A stretch of DNA of 37,898 nucleotides from positions 1-37,898 of the forward strand of contig CAZQAS010000016.1 in assembly GCA_964591285.1 (NCBI GenBank), in the 5' to 3' direction. Under the pieces are notes generated by a model, which was given only the letters and a program-made list of their open reading frames with translations, ran no database searches and was not told the origin of the DNA. Every line of letters begins with the position of its first letter. Position 1 is the first letter of the stretch. This DNA comes from an uncultured Rhodothermales bacterium (lineage in GTDB: Bacteria > Bacteroidota > Rhodothermia > Rhodothermales > VXPQ01). Below are positions 1 through 8,570 of this stretch, piece by piece. The position numbers and the translations under genes are program-made.

Positions 1-929
<929 letters not shown>

Positions 930-965
930 TCTTTCTGGTAGTGGTTCTTCGCAATACCCTCGCGC

Positions 966-1547
966 TCAGTCCCCAAACTGCATCGACCTTCGCATGGCCA
1001 CACGGCCGCTGCGGGCGATCTCTGCGATGCCGTGTGGCTGCATCATGCCGATGAAGGCGTTAATCTTCTTCGTCGGACCCGTGAGCTCGAAGGTCATCGT
1101 TTCGGTAGTCACGTCCACGACCTTGCCTCGAAAGATCTCAAGGGTGTCCATCAGCTCCGAGCGGTTCTGCTTGGTGTACTTCATCTTCAGCAGGCAGAGC
1201 TCGCGCTCGACGTAGTGCTTTTCGGTGAGGTCTTCGACCTCGAGCACGTCAACCAGCCGGTTCAGCTGCCGATTCACCTGCGCGATGATCCGGTCGTCGC
1301 CCGTCGTGACAATTGTCATTCTCGAAACCGATGGATCGTCGGTCTCTCCCACGGCCACGCTTTCGAGATTGAATCCGCGCGCGGAAAATAGATTGATGAC
1401 GCGGTTGAGCGCGCCGATCGAGTTCTCCACCAGCACGGCGATAATGTGGCGCTGCTCGCGCTTTCGCTCATCCGAACCAATCGGCTCACCCTGAGCCTTC
1501 TTTCGGATGATCTGCTGCGGGGTAAGAGTGGTCGTGTTGTTACTCAT
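966..1547 (-). CDS. ilvN: acetolactate synthase small (regulatory) subunit
   Basis: 193-aa ORF with an ACT-domain N-terminus (HIIAVLVENSIGALNRVINLFSARGFNLESVAVGETDDPSVSRMTIVT). It lies between ilvB and ilvC on the same strand. Confidence 0.9.
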   Translation of the reverse strand: MSNNTTTLTPQQIIRKKAQGEPIGSDERKREQRHIIAVLVENSIGALNRVINLFSARGFNLESVAVGETDDPSVSRMTIVTTGDDRIIAQVNRQLNRLVDVLEVEDLTEKHYVERELCLLKMKYTKQNRSELMDTLEIFRGKVVDVTTETMTFELTGPTKKINAFIGMMQPHGIAEIARSGRVAMRRSMQFGD

Positions 1548-1569
1548 TCGCGCTCCCTATTCATTTTTT

Positions 1570-1711
1570 GGAGGTCGGAGGTCGGAGGTCGGAGGTCCGA
1601 GGTCAGATCTTGTAATAAACCCTGGCGATGAGAGTCCGACCTCTGACCTCTGACCTCTGACCTCTGACTTCTGACTTCTGACTTCTGACCTCTGACCTCT
1701 GACCTCTGACT
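1570..1711. repeat. inverted heptamer arrays (about 5 units GGTCSGA, 27-nt spacer, 11 units TCYGACY) in the ilvB-ilvN spacer
   Basis: 1570-1607 reads GGA GGTCGGA x3 GGTCCGA GGTCAGA. 1635-1711 holds 11 tandem units (TCCGACC, TCTGACC x3, TCTGACT x3, TCTGACC x3, TCTGACT). It is the same heptamer family as at 871-929. Confidence 0.9.
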
Positions 1712-1753
1712 TCTCGTCAATATCTCCCATCGCCCATTTTCCCCTATTCTCCT

Positions 1754-3553
1754 CTACACAAAGGCATTTGGCGTTAACCGCTTCGTGATCATCTCGTCCG
1801 TCGACGCGCCTGCGGGCACCATCGGGAAGACCATCTCTTCTTTGATGACGCGAAATTCCATCACGACGGGCCGGTCGTTGATCTCCCAGGCCTTCGCGAT
1901 CACGTCGTCGACGTCTTCCGGCTTCTCCGCGCGGAGGCCGGCGCAGTGGTGTGCTTCGGCCAACTTCACGAAGTCGGGATTCGTATCGGTCAGGTCCGTG
2001 TGGCTGAAGCGCTCCTCGTGGAAGAGCTCCTGCCACTGCCGCACCATCCCGAGGAAGTTGTTGTTGATCACGACGATCTTGACCGGCAGCTTGTGCGCGG
2101 CGAGAACGCTGAGTTCCTGCGCATTCATGACAAAGCCGCCGTCGCCGCTGATCGAGACGACCGTCTTTCCCGTGCCTCGCAGGCCGAAGGCGGCTCCCAT
2201 CGCGGCCGGCAGACTGAAACCCATCGTCCCGAGCCCCCCGGAGGTGATGTGCGAGCGCGGATGAAGGAACTTGAGGTACTGTGCGGCCCACATCTGATGC
2301 TGACCCACGTCGGTGACGACGACGGCATCGCCCTGCGTCTTCTCGCGTAGCCGCTGAAGCACGTACTGCGCACGCAGGCGGCCGTCCCCTTCGTCATACT
2401 CGAGCGGACACTGCTCGCGCCACGCGTCGATCTGTGCCAGCCACTCCTGCGTCGGCCGCTCATCAATCAGCGGAACCAGGCGTTCCAATACCTCGCGCAC
2501 GTCGCCGACGATCGCACAGTCGACGTAGACGTTCTTCGAGATGCAGGATGGATCGATATCGATGTGTACGATCTTGGCGTGCGGCGCCCATGACTCGAGT
2601 TTCCCGGTGACGCGGTCGTCGAAGCGGGCTCCGACGGCGATGATCAGATCGGAATTCTGGACGGCCATATTGGCGTACCACGTTCCGTGCATGCCGAGCA
2701 TGCCGAGCGAGAGCTCGTCGTCTTCCGGAAATGCACCCAGACCGTGCAGCGTAGTCGTGACGGGGATGCGTGATTTTCGCGCGAGCTCGGTCAGCAGCTT
2801 GCTGCCCCCAGAGCCCACGGCACCGCCACCGACATAAAGCAGCGGTTTGCGGGCCGCCCCAATCATGTCGGCCGCGCGCTGGATATTGGTGTCGTCGGGT
2901 CCCGCGGGTACGCCGTATCCGCGAAGCCCGATCTCATCTGGATACTCGAACTCGGTCTCCGCTAGAAGAACGTCTTTCGGCAAGTCCACGACAACGGGGC
3001 CCGGACGGCCGGTGCGCGCGATGTGATAGGCCTGCTTGACGGTCTTCGCGAGATCCTTCACGTCGCGCACCAGGAAGCTGTGCTTGGTGATGCTTCGCGT
3101 AACCCCGATCGTATCGCACTCCTGGAAGGCGTCGTTTCCGATCAGCGGCGTCGGGACCTGTCCGGTGAAAACGACGATGGGTACCGAGTCCAGGTAGGCA
3201 TCGGCGATTCCGGTGACGGTGTTCGTGGCGCCGGGTCCGCTCGTGACGAGGACGGTGCCGACCTTGCCGGTCGCCTTCGCATAGCCCTCTGCCGCGTGGG
3301 TGCCGCCCTGTTCGTGTCGCACGAGGATGTGCTCGAAATTCGGACTGATGCGCGCCATCTCGTCGTAGATTTTGATGACCGCCCCGCCCGGATGCCCGAA
3401 GACCGTCTCTACGCCTTCGGCTTCGAGTGCGCGGAGGAAAATCTCGGCGCCGCTCATCCGCTTGACTGAGGTGGGCGCCTGCTGCGATGGCTTCTGGCCG
3501 TTCGCGCCGTTCTCCGACGTGGATTTCGTGATCGTGTCGTGGTCCTCTTTCAT
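1754..3553 (-). CDS. ilvB: acetolactate synthase large (catalytic) subunit, ThDP-dependent
   Basis: The ORF track frame 1754..3712 contains MSGAEIFLRALEAEGVETVFGHPGGAVIKIYDE, GPGATNTVTGIADAYLDSVPIVVFTGQV and the ThDP motif SISGDGGFVMNAQEL. I place the start at the in-frame ATG at 3553 (MKEDHD...). The upstream 53 codons are Arg/Pro-rich and not AHAS-like. Confidence 0.95.
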   Translation of the reverse strand: MKEDHDTITKSTSENGANGQKPSQQAPTSVKRMSGAEIFLRALEAEGVETVFGHPGGAVIKIYDEMARISPNFEHILVRHEQGGTHAAEGYAKATGKVGTVLVTSGPGATNTVTGIADAYLDSVPIVVFTGQVPTPLIGNDAFQECDTIGVTRSITKHSFLVRDVKDLAKTVKQAYHIARTGRPGPVVVDLPKDVLLAETEFEYPDEIGLRGYGVPAGPDDTNIQRAADMIGAARKPLLYVGGGAVGSGGSKLLTELARKSRIPVTTTLHGLGAFPEDDELSLGMLGMHGTWYANMAVQNSDLIIAVGARFDDRVTGKLESWAPHAKIVHIDIDPSCISKNVYVDCAIVGDVREVLERLVPLIDERPTQEWLAQIDAWREQCPLEYDEGDGRLRAQYVLQRLREKTQGDAVVVTDVGQHQMWAAQYLKFLHPRSHITSGGLGTMGFSLPAAMGAAFGLRGTGKTVVSISGDGGFVMNAQELSVLAAHKLPVKIVVINNNFLGMVRQWQELFHEERFSHTDLTDTNPDFVKLAEAHHCAGLRAEKPEDVDDVIAKAWEINDRPVVMEFRVIKEEMVFPMVPAGASTDEMITKRLTPNAFV

Positions 3554-3904
3554 ACTGCTATATGCTCGTCGGCTGAGTGCTTCGTGTGGGTTGCGCCGGT
3601 ATGGCTGCGGGATGCCTTGGTGACGTCGACGGAACAGCCGCCGTTCGTAGGCGGAAACCGCCGGCCGGCGGGTCGTTCGCCAGAATGTTTCGGGGTTGGC
3701 GAGGATGCGCATAAACGCCCGCAGGTGCAGCAGAGATGCCGCAGCATGGAAAATTGGGTGCCGCTGGGCGCGGGCTTCCGTTCAGCAACCGTGCGTGGGT
3801 CTTTGGCATGCGCATCGTCGTTTCGGCTTCGTGAGGGTCAGCCCCTCAACCTCCGACCGATGCGTCCGCATACCTTGAGATGTGTTAAGGGATTGACCTC
3901 TCGC

Positions 3905-4069
3905 TTAGCCTGTAATGAGAATAAGGCTAATAAGAAGGAGGAGGGTCGGCGTAAGTCGACCGCTAAGTAGAAGGTCAATCCCGGAGAGAGCATCGCGAGT
4001 TCCGACGTGCACGTCGCCGCGCCCCGGCAGGAACGGTCGGAAATCGGTATGTGGCGACGTGAATAACAT
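3905..4069 (-). promoter_or_regulatory. candidate Leu/Ile-rich leader peptide ORF (54 codons) within a structured ilvBNC leader
   Basis: Hand translation from ATG (complement of 4067-4069) to TAA (complement of 3905-3907) gives MLFTSPHTDFRPFLPGRGDVHVGTRDALSGIDLLLSGRLTPTLLLLISLILITG. Nine of the last 12 residues are Leu or Ile. They are encoded by CTC CTC CTT CTT ATT ... CTT ATT CTC ATT. The ORF is embedded in alternative helices: 3889-3899 pairs with 3972-3982, and 3904-3909 can pair with either 3962-3967 or 3925-3930. The start codon is uncertain, with an in-frame GTG at 4012. Confidence 0.35.
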
Positions 4070-4159
4070 TCGGAGCTTCGTGTATGTCCCTGCGCGGCCA
4101 GTCCGTCAGGTGGACCTAAAGAACGCGATTCTTAACGCCCGGGTCAAGGTACGTTGAAG

Positions 4160-4535
4160 GCAAATATGCAAGCCCTGGCCGAAAGGTCCGATACTTTCGG
4201 TAGCGCTTACAATTTACTAATTTAGGTTTTGGTAAGCTCATCCCTAAATTATATACACTTCATATGCTTTATTGGGGATAATCACTTAGGCCGATAGAAT
4301 ACCCGAGCCTACTTTGCAAAGCGTATTTCATTCTTTCTTCACGCAATCGACTCGTCGGATTCGCCCGGAAAGCGAGCCCTCAGCCACTGCAAGCGGTTCT
4401 TCGTTCTAAGGCTATTGCTATTGTATGACATATTTTCTTAAGCTATCGGCAATATTCAATGATGTTTTTTAATGGACGTGCGGTTCCGTTGCCTTCATAG
4501 TTAGTAACCGGAACGGAAGACGCGCAGTCCTACTG
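4160..4535. promoter_or_regulatory. AT-rich divergent promoter region between the ilv leader and the TorF-like porin gene
   Basis: A-T content rises sharply relative to the flanks and the region has no ORF of 60 aa or more. A TATAAT hexamer is present on the minus strand (complement of 4248-4253). No transcription start site can be assigned from sequence alone. Confidence 0.3.
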
Positions 4536-4562
4536 TTGCTAAACGCAAACCATCGACCCGCC

Positions 4563-5255
4563 ATGGACGCAAGACGACCGGCACTGAGCCTCGCATTCCT
4601 GACCGCACTTCTACTTGCCGCCACGCCCGCCATTGCGCAGAGCTTCAGCTTCGGGGCCGATGTGGTGAGCCGCTATGTTTGGCGCGGCACCGACTTCGGT
4701 GAATCAGCGAGCATCCAACCAGCCCTGTCCGTCAGCGCTGGAGGCTTCGAAATCGGCACGTGGGCCTCCTACGCCATGAATCCCGAATCGGCGGATGCCA
4801 ATGAGCACGACCTGTGGCTCAGCTATTCGACCGGCCCCCTCTCTTTTGGAGTGACGGACTACTACTTCCCGAATTTGGGCGCCGGGTTCTTTGACTTCGA
4901 CGACGGCGGCAATGGTGCCCACTATATCGAACCCTTCGTGGCCTTTTCTGGCCCTGAAGCTCTGCCGGTAACCTTGTTCGCAGGATACTTCGCCTACAAC
5001 GATCCGGATAATTCCGTCTATCTGAACGCCTCGTATCCGTTCTCGATCGAGGGCATCGATCTTTCGTTCGGAATTGGAGCTTCGGCAACGGAAAGCGTGA
5101 TGTACGGCACGTCCGGATTCGGGATTATCGATGTGGCGCTGGCGGCCTCGCGAGACGTGCCGATCACGGAGCACTTTGCGCTCCCGCTGAGCGTCGCCTA
5201 CGTGCTGAATCCGTATGCCGAAAAGAGCTTTCTCGTACTCGGGCTAAGCCTCTAG
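4563..5255 (+). CDS. TorF-family (Gcw_chp-like) putative outer-membrane porin
   Basis: Signal peptide MDARRPALSLAFLTALLLAATPAIAQ followed by SFSFGADVVSRYVWRGTDFG, the family-typical YVWRG block. The rest shows an alternating beta-strand pattern. I prefer the ATG at 4563 over the TTG at 4536. Confidence 0.6.
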   Translation: MDARRPALSLAFLTALLLAATPAIAQSFSFGADVVSRYVWRGTDFGESASIQPALSVSAGGFEIGTWASYAMNPESADANEHDLWLSYSTGPLSFGVTDYYFPNLGAGFFDFDDGGNGAHYIEPFVAFSGPEALPVTLFAGYFAYNDPDNSVYLNASYPFSIEGIDLSFGIGASATESVMYGTSGFGIIDVALAASRDVPITEHFALPLSVAYVLNPYAEKSFLVLGLSL

Positions 5256-5274
5256 CGGGGAGTCGCAGCCGTCT

Positions 5275-6330
5275 CTATTTGCGTCCGGCCAGAAAGTCCT
5301 CGACCAGCCGAACCGTTTCATCGCTGCCGATATATAGCGGCGTTCGCTGATGAAGTGCTTGCGGCGTCACCTCAAGAATGCGGCCTGCGCCGTCGGTGGC
5401 GCGCCCTCCGGCGTGCTCGACGATCATCGCCATCGGATTCGCCTCATACATCAATCGAAGCTTCCCGTCGGGGCTACTCTTGGTCGCCGGATAGATGTAG
5501 ACGCCGCCCTTCAGCAGGTTGCGGTGGAAATCTGAGACGAACGAACCGATGTAGCGCGTCTTGTACGGCCGACCGGATTCCGGATCCTCCTCCTGCATCC
5601 ACGAGATGCAGCGCTTCAGCCCCTCCGCCCACGAGTTGTAGTGGCCCTCATTGATCGAGTAGATCTTGCCGGACTTAGGAATGCGGATGTTCGGATGGGA
5701 TAGGAGAAACTCGCCGATCGAAGGATCGAGCGTGAAGCCGTTGACCCCGTTACCGGTCGTGTAAACGAGCATGGTCGACGAACCGTAGACCACGTAGCCG
5801 GCACCGATCTGCTCCGTGCCAGGCTGCAAGGCCGCCTTTGCCGACGCCTCGTCGATGCCGTCCTGCAACCGGTAGATGCTGAAGATCGTCCCGACCGACA
5901 CGTTCACGTCGATGTTTGAGGAGCCGTCCAGTGGATCGAGGAGCACGATATATTTACCGTCCTCTCCGTGGCTCATCTTCAGCGGGATGGCTTCCGCGTG
6001 CTCCTCCGAACCGATCAGACAGCATTCACCGCCGCGGCGCAGGGCGCGAACGAGCTCCGTGTGCGCGACCGCATCCATTTTCTGCTGCGTCTCGCCCTGC
6101 ACGTTGATCTCCCCTGTGTCCCCGTAAACGCCAACGAGGCCTGCACGCCGCATGTCCCGGTTGACGATCTTCGCGGCAACGCTGATGTCCCGAAGCAGTC
6201 GGGAGAACGCACCCGTGGAGTGCGGAAACTTCCGCTGCTGTTCGATGATGAACTGTTCGATCGTCTTGAACTCGCCCAGATCGGAGACGACCTTGCCGTT
6301 CGATCCTCGAGATGTCGTAGTGTATTCCAT
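5275..6330 (-). CDS. fbp: fructose-1,6-bisphosphatase class 1
   Basis: Contains TIEQFIIEQQRKFPHSTGAFSRLLRDISVAAKIV, LDPLDGSSNIDVNVSVGTIFSIY and GGVYIYPA...GKLRLMYEANPMAMIVEHAGG. I place the start at the ATG at 6330 (MEYTTTS). The upstream 51 codons of the tracked ORF look non-coding. Confidence 0.95.
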   Translation of the reverse strand: MEYTTTSRGSNGKVVSDLGEFKTIEQFIIEQQRKFPHSTGAFSRLLRDISVAAKIVNRDMRRAGLVGVYGDTGEINVQGETQQKMDAVAHTELVRALRRGGECCLIGSEEHAEAIPLKMSHGEDGKYIVLLDPLDGSSNIDVNVSVGTIFSIYRLQDGIDEASAKAALQPGTEQIGAGYVVYGSSTMLVYTTGNGVNGFTLDPSIGEFLLSHPNIRIPKSGKIYSINEGHYNSWAEGLKRCISWMQEEDPESGRPYKTRYIGSFVSDFHRNLLKGGVYIYPATKSSPDGKLRLMYEANPMAMIVEHAGGRATDGAGRILEVTPQALHQRTPLYIGSDETVRLVEDFLAGRK

Positions 6331-6424
6331 CGGGTGGTGATCTGTGACTGATGCTGAGCTTCTCCGCCAATAACTTACGGATGGAAGCGGTTCCGTACGC
6401 GCGGTGATAATACGGTAAACGGTG

Positions 6425-6458
6425 CGCCTGGGGCGCTTTGTGCCTGCGCCCCCAGGCG
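6425..6458 (-). terminator. GC-rich hairpin downstream of the DUF2064 gene, candidate intrinsic terminator
   Basis: 6425-6436 (CGCCTGGGGCGC) pairs with 6446-6458 (GCGCCCCCAGGCG). This gives 12 bp with one bulge and a 9-nt loop, about 22 nt after the stop at 6480. On the minus strand it is followed by ACCGUUUACCGUAUUAU, only a moderately U-rich tail. Confidence 0.45.
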
Positions 6459-6479
6459 GGTGCACATCTGAGTTGCGGC

Positions 6480-7220
6480 TCAAGAGCTTACACTGCGCAG
6501 CCAGTGATACTTTTTGGCCAGGTCACGCAGCACGCCGCGGGTGCGAGGTGCCAAGTCCCCACTCGCCTCCAGATCTCCGAGGAGCTTCGGCAGATCTTCC
6601 GGCCGGTCCACGTCATACCATGGGCGCAGAACGGTCGCTCGTGCGGATGCGGCCTGAATGCGCCGCAAGGTCTCGTTAAAGACGTTGTCGTGGCTGTAGT
6701 TCAGGCCCCGAAAGAGTTCCGGACGCGCCCGGGTCATTCCAAGGAGATAGTAGCCTCCGTCCTCTGCCGGTCCGATCACGACGGATTCGGCGTCGTCGAG
6801 CGCATCGAACGAGTCCTCAATGATAATGGGCGGAAGCGTCGGGTGATCGGTCCCGACGATGACGACCCGGTCATATCCCGACGCGAATGTTTCGGCAAAG
6901 GCTCGCTGCATTCGTGTGCCGAGATCGTCACCGCGCTGCTCGAAAACGGCCACCCCGGCAGGCAGGTCCAGCGCCAAACGGCCGGCTGCGCGCGATCTTT
7001 CATCGGCGGGCAACCCACCACTCTGCGCGCTCACTTCCGCGGTACGGCCCGTCAGATAGAGGCGCACGTCCATCGACAACCGTGCGTATTGCTCCAACGC
7101 GTCCTCAATGAAGGCCTTATACAGATGCGTGGCTTCCTCGGGCGTGATCTCGGTCGTAAGGCGCGTCTTCACGTCGCCGATGACGGGCACTTTTCCGAAG
7201 ACGATCAGCGCCGGGCTCAT
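6480..7220 (-). CDS. DUF2064 / TIGR04282-like nucleotidyl(glycosyl)transferase-fold protein
   Basis: Starts MSPALIVFGKVPVIGDVKTRL and continues ...VVIVGTDHPTLP...GPAEDGGYYLLGM. This pattern is characteristic of the DUF2064 family. Its start overlaps the stop of the upstream cysteine desulfurase (ATGA at 7217-7220). Confidence 0.7.
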   Translation of the reverse strand: MSPALIVFGKVPVIGDVKTRLTTEITPEEATHLYKAFIEDALEQYARLSMDVRLYLTGRTAEVSAQSGGLPADERSRAAGRLALDLPAGVAVFEQRGDDLGTRMQRAFAETFASGYDRVVIVGTDHPTLPPIIIEDSFDALDDAESVVIGPAEDGGYYLLGMTRARPELFRGLNYSHDNVFNETLRRIQAASARATVLRPWYDVDRPEDLPKLLGDLEASGDLAPRTRGVLRDLAKKYHWLRSVSS

Positions 7221-8383
7221 GGCGCGACCCGCGCCGGCCGGACCCTCCTGATGACGCGCTCGAGTGCCTCGATCGTGCGATCCACATCCTCCTCAGTGGT
7301 GCCCTTCCCCACGGAAAATCGGACGGCCGCCGCGGCCGTATCCCGTGGTAAACCGATCGCCCTCAGTACGTGGCTCGGCTCGACCGCCCCACTCGTGCAG
7401 GCTGATCCCGCGGAGGCGAAGATGCCTTCCATGTCGAGATTGAGCAGCAGCATCTCCCCGTCGACTGGTTCGCCGTCGATCGGCGGAAACGCTACGTTGA
7501 CGATGTGCGGCGCCACTTCGGCAGAATCCACGGGCGTATTGATGCGTACCGCTGCTCCCGAAAGGCTGCGAATCCCCGCGATCAGGCGGTCACGCATGCG
7601 GACTGCGTGCTCGCGCCGGTCGTCGGCCTCGTCAAGCGCCAGGCAAAGCGCCTTTGCGAAGCCGACGATGGCCGGGACGTTTTCCGTGCCACCGCGGCGC
7701 CCTCGCTCCTGTGCACCGCCTTCGAGCAGCGGGCGCACGTCCGCACCACCCCGCACGAACAAGACGCCGATGCCCTTCGGGCCGTAAAATTTGTGGCCGG
7801 AGATCGTCATTGCATCGAGGTCCACCCCGTCCGGGCGGATCATCCCATAGCCCGCCGACTGCACGCCGTCGCAATGGACGGCCCATCCGCGCGATCGGCA
7901 TAACGATACAACCTCGTCGATGGGTGAAATCGTGCCGATCTCATTGTTTGCATGCATAATGGATACGAGACCGGCCTCGTCGTCAAATGCATCCATTCGT
8001 GCTTCGATTACCGCAGGAGGCACCACGCCGGATTCATCCGGTGCAAGGACGGCTACCGGTCGGCCCGCCGCCTCCATCGACTCGGCCGCGCGCAGCACGG
8101 ATTCGTGCTCGGCTGCGCACGTCACGAGGGGGCCGTGCGATCCCTTAAGTACCGTGTTGTTCGCTTCGGTCCCGCCGCTCGTAAAGACGATCTCACCGGG
8201 CGCCGCCCCGAGAAGCGCCGCGACCTGCTCCCGGGCCTGCTCAACGGCGAAGCGCGCCTTTCGACCCAGCGTATGTACCGAGGAGGCGTTCCCGTAGGAT
8301 TCCCGCAGATGCGGCAGCATCGCCTCGAGCACACGTGGATCGAGAGGCGTCGTGGCAGCGTGATCCAGATAGATACCGTTCAT
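7217..8383 (-). CDS. cysteine desulfurase (class V aminotransferase, NifS/IscS-like)
   Basis: Contains MNGIYLDHAATTPLDPRVLEAM, the PLP-lysine block ISGHKFYGPKGIGVLFVR, and the active-site cysteine loop ASAGSACTSG. I prefer the ATG at 8383 over the TTG at 8395. Confidence 0.9.
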   Translation of the reverse strand: MNGIYLDHAATTPLDPRVLEAMLPHLRESYGNASSVHTLGRKARFAVEQAREQVAALLGAAPGEIVFTSGGTEANNTVLKGSHGPLVTCAAEHESVLRAAESMEAAGRPVAVLAPDESGVVPPAVIEARMDAFDDEAGLVSIMHANNEIGTISPIDEVVSLCRSRGWAVHCDGVQSAGYGMIRPDGVDLDAMTISGHKFYGPKGIGVLFVRGGADVRPLLEGGAQERGRRGGTENVPAIVGFAKALCLALDEADDRREHAVRMRDRLIAGIRSLSGAAVRINTPVDSAEVAPHIVNVAFPPIDGEPVDGEMLLLNLDMEGIFASAGSACTSGAVEPSHVLRAIGLPRDTAAAAVRFSVGKGTTEEDVDRTIEALERVIRRVRPARVAP

Positions 8384-8570
8384 GGTGAAATCCAACGCAC
8401 GGCGGATCTACGCGGTTCATACGCCCAATTCGTTGCCGCCGATGAACCTAGAACATCGCACTGGTGTAATATTTGTGTCGACTCCGACGAGCGTTCCGAT
8501 CTCGGTTCGACTCGATTCGTACCCATGGTCCTGGCGGCCTCGTTTTTCAGTCTACAAGCCCGACATTTGA

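Noticed and set aside
1557-2291. 244-aa minus-strand ORF reading through the heptamer array (translates to SEVRGQRSEVRSQKSEV...)
   Set aside because: It overlaps ilvB out of frame. Its periodic peptide is simply the translation of the 7-bp DNA repeat cycling through all three frames. It is not a plausible protein.
3554-3712. N-terminal extensions of tracked ORFs, for example ilvB to 3712, fbp to 6483, mutS to 30692, the isomerase to 10900 and the deacetylase frame from 24771
   Set aside because: In each case the extension is Arg/Pro/Ser-rich and unlike the family N-terminus. An internal ATG gives the canonical N-terminal motif or signal peptide.
3915-4157. 80-aa Arg-rich plus-strand ORF (MRIRLIRRRRVGVSR...)
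   Set aside because: It is the antisense image of the Leu-codon run (CTT/CTC read as AAG/GAG and AGG). Its composition is implausible for a protein, and the regulatory interpretation of the opposite strand is more parsimonious.
3554-4535. Possible tmRNA, RNase P RNA, SRP RNA or riboswitch in the 1-kb gene-free gap
   Set aside because: I looked on both strands for the hallmark sequences. These were a tmRNA 5' GGGGCUGA with tag ORF ending ALAA and a T-arm-CCA 3' end, the RNase P GAGGAAAGUCCGGGC motif, and the SRP GGAAGCAGCC motif. A GGGGCTGAC string exists on the minus strand near 3836-3844. It has no accompanying tag reading frame or tRNA-like 3' end. I cannot run covariance models, so an unknown structured RNA is not excluded.
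6438-7787. 449-aa plus-strand ORF
   Set aside because: It runs antisense across two well-supported minus-strand genes, the DUF2064 gene and the cysteine desulfurase gene. The translation is Arg/Ala/Ser/Pro-rich and low in complexity, with no recognisable motif. This is a typical shadow ORF of high-GC DNA.
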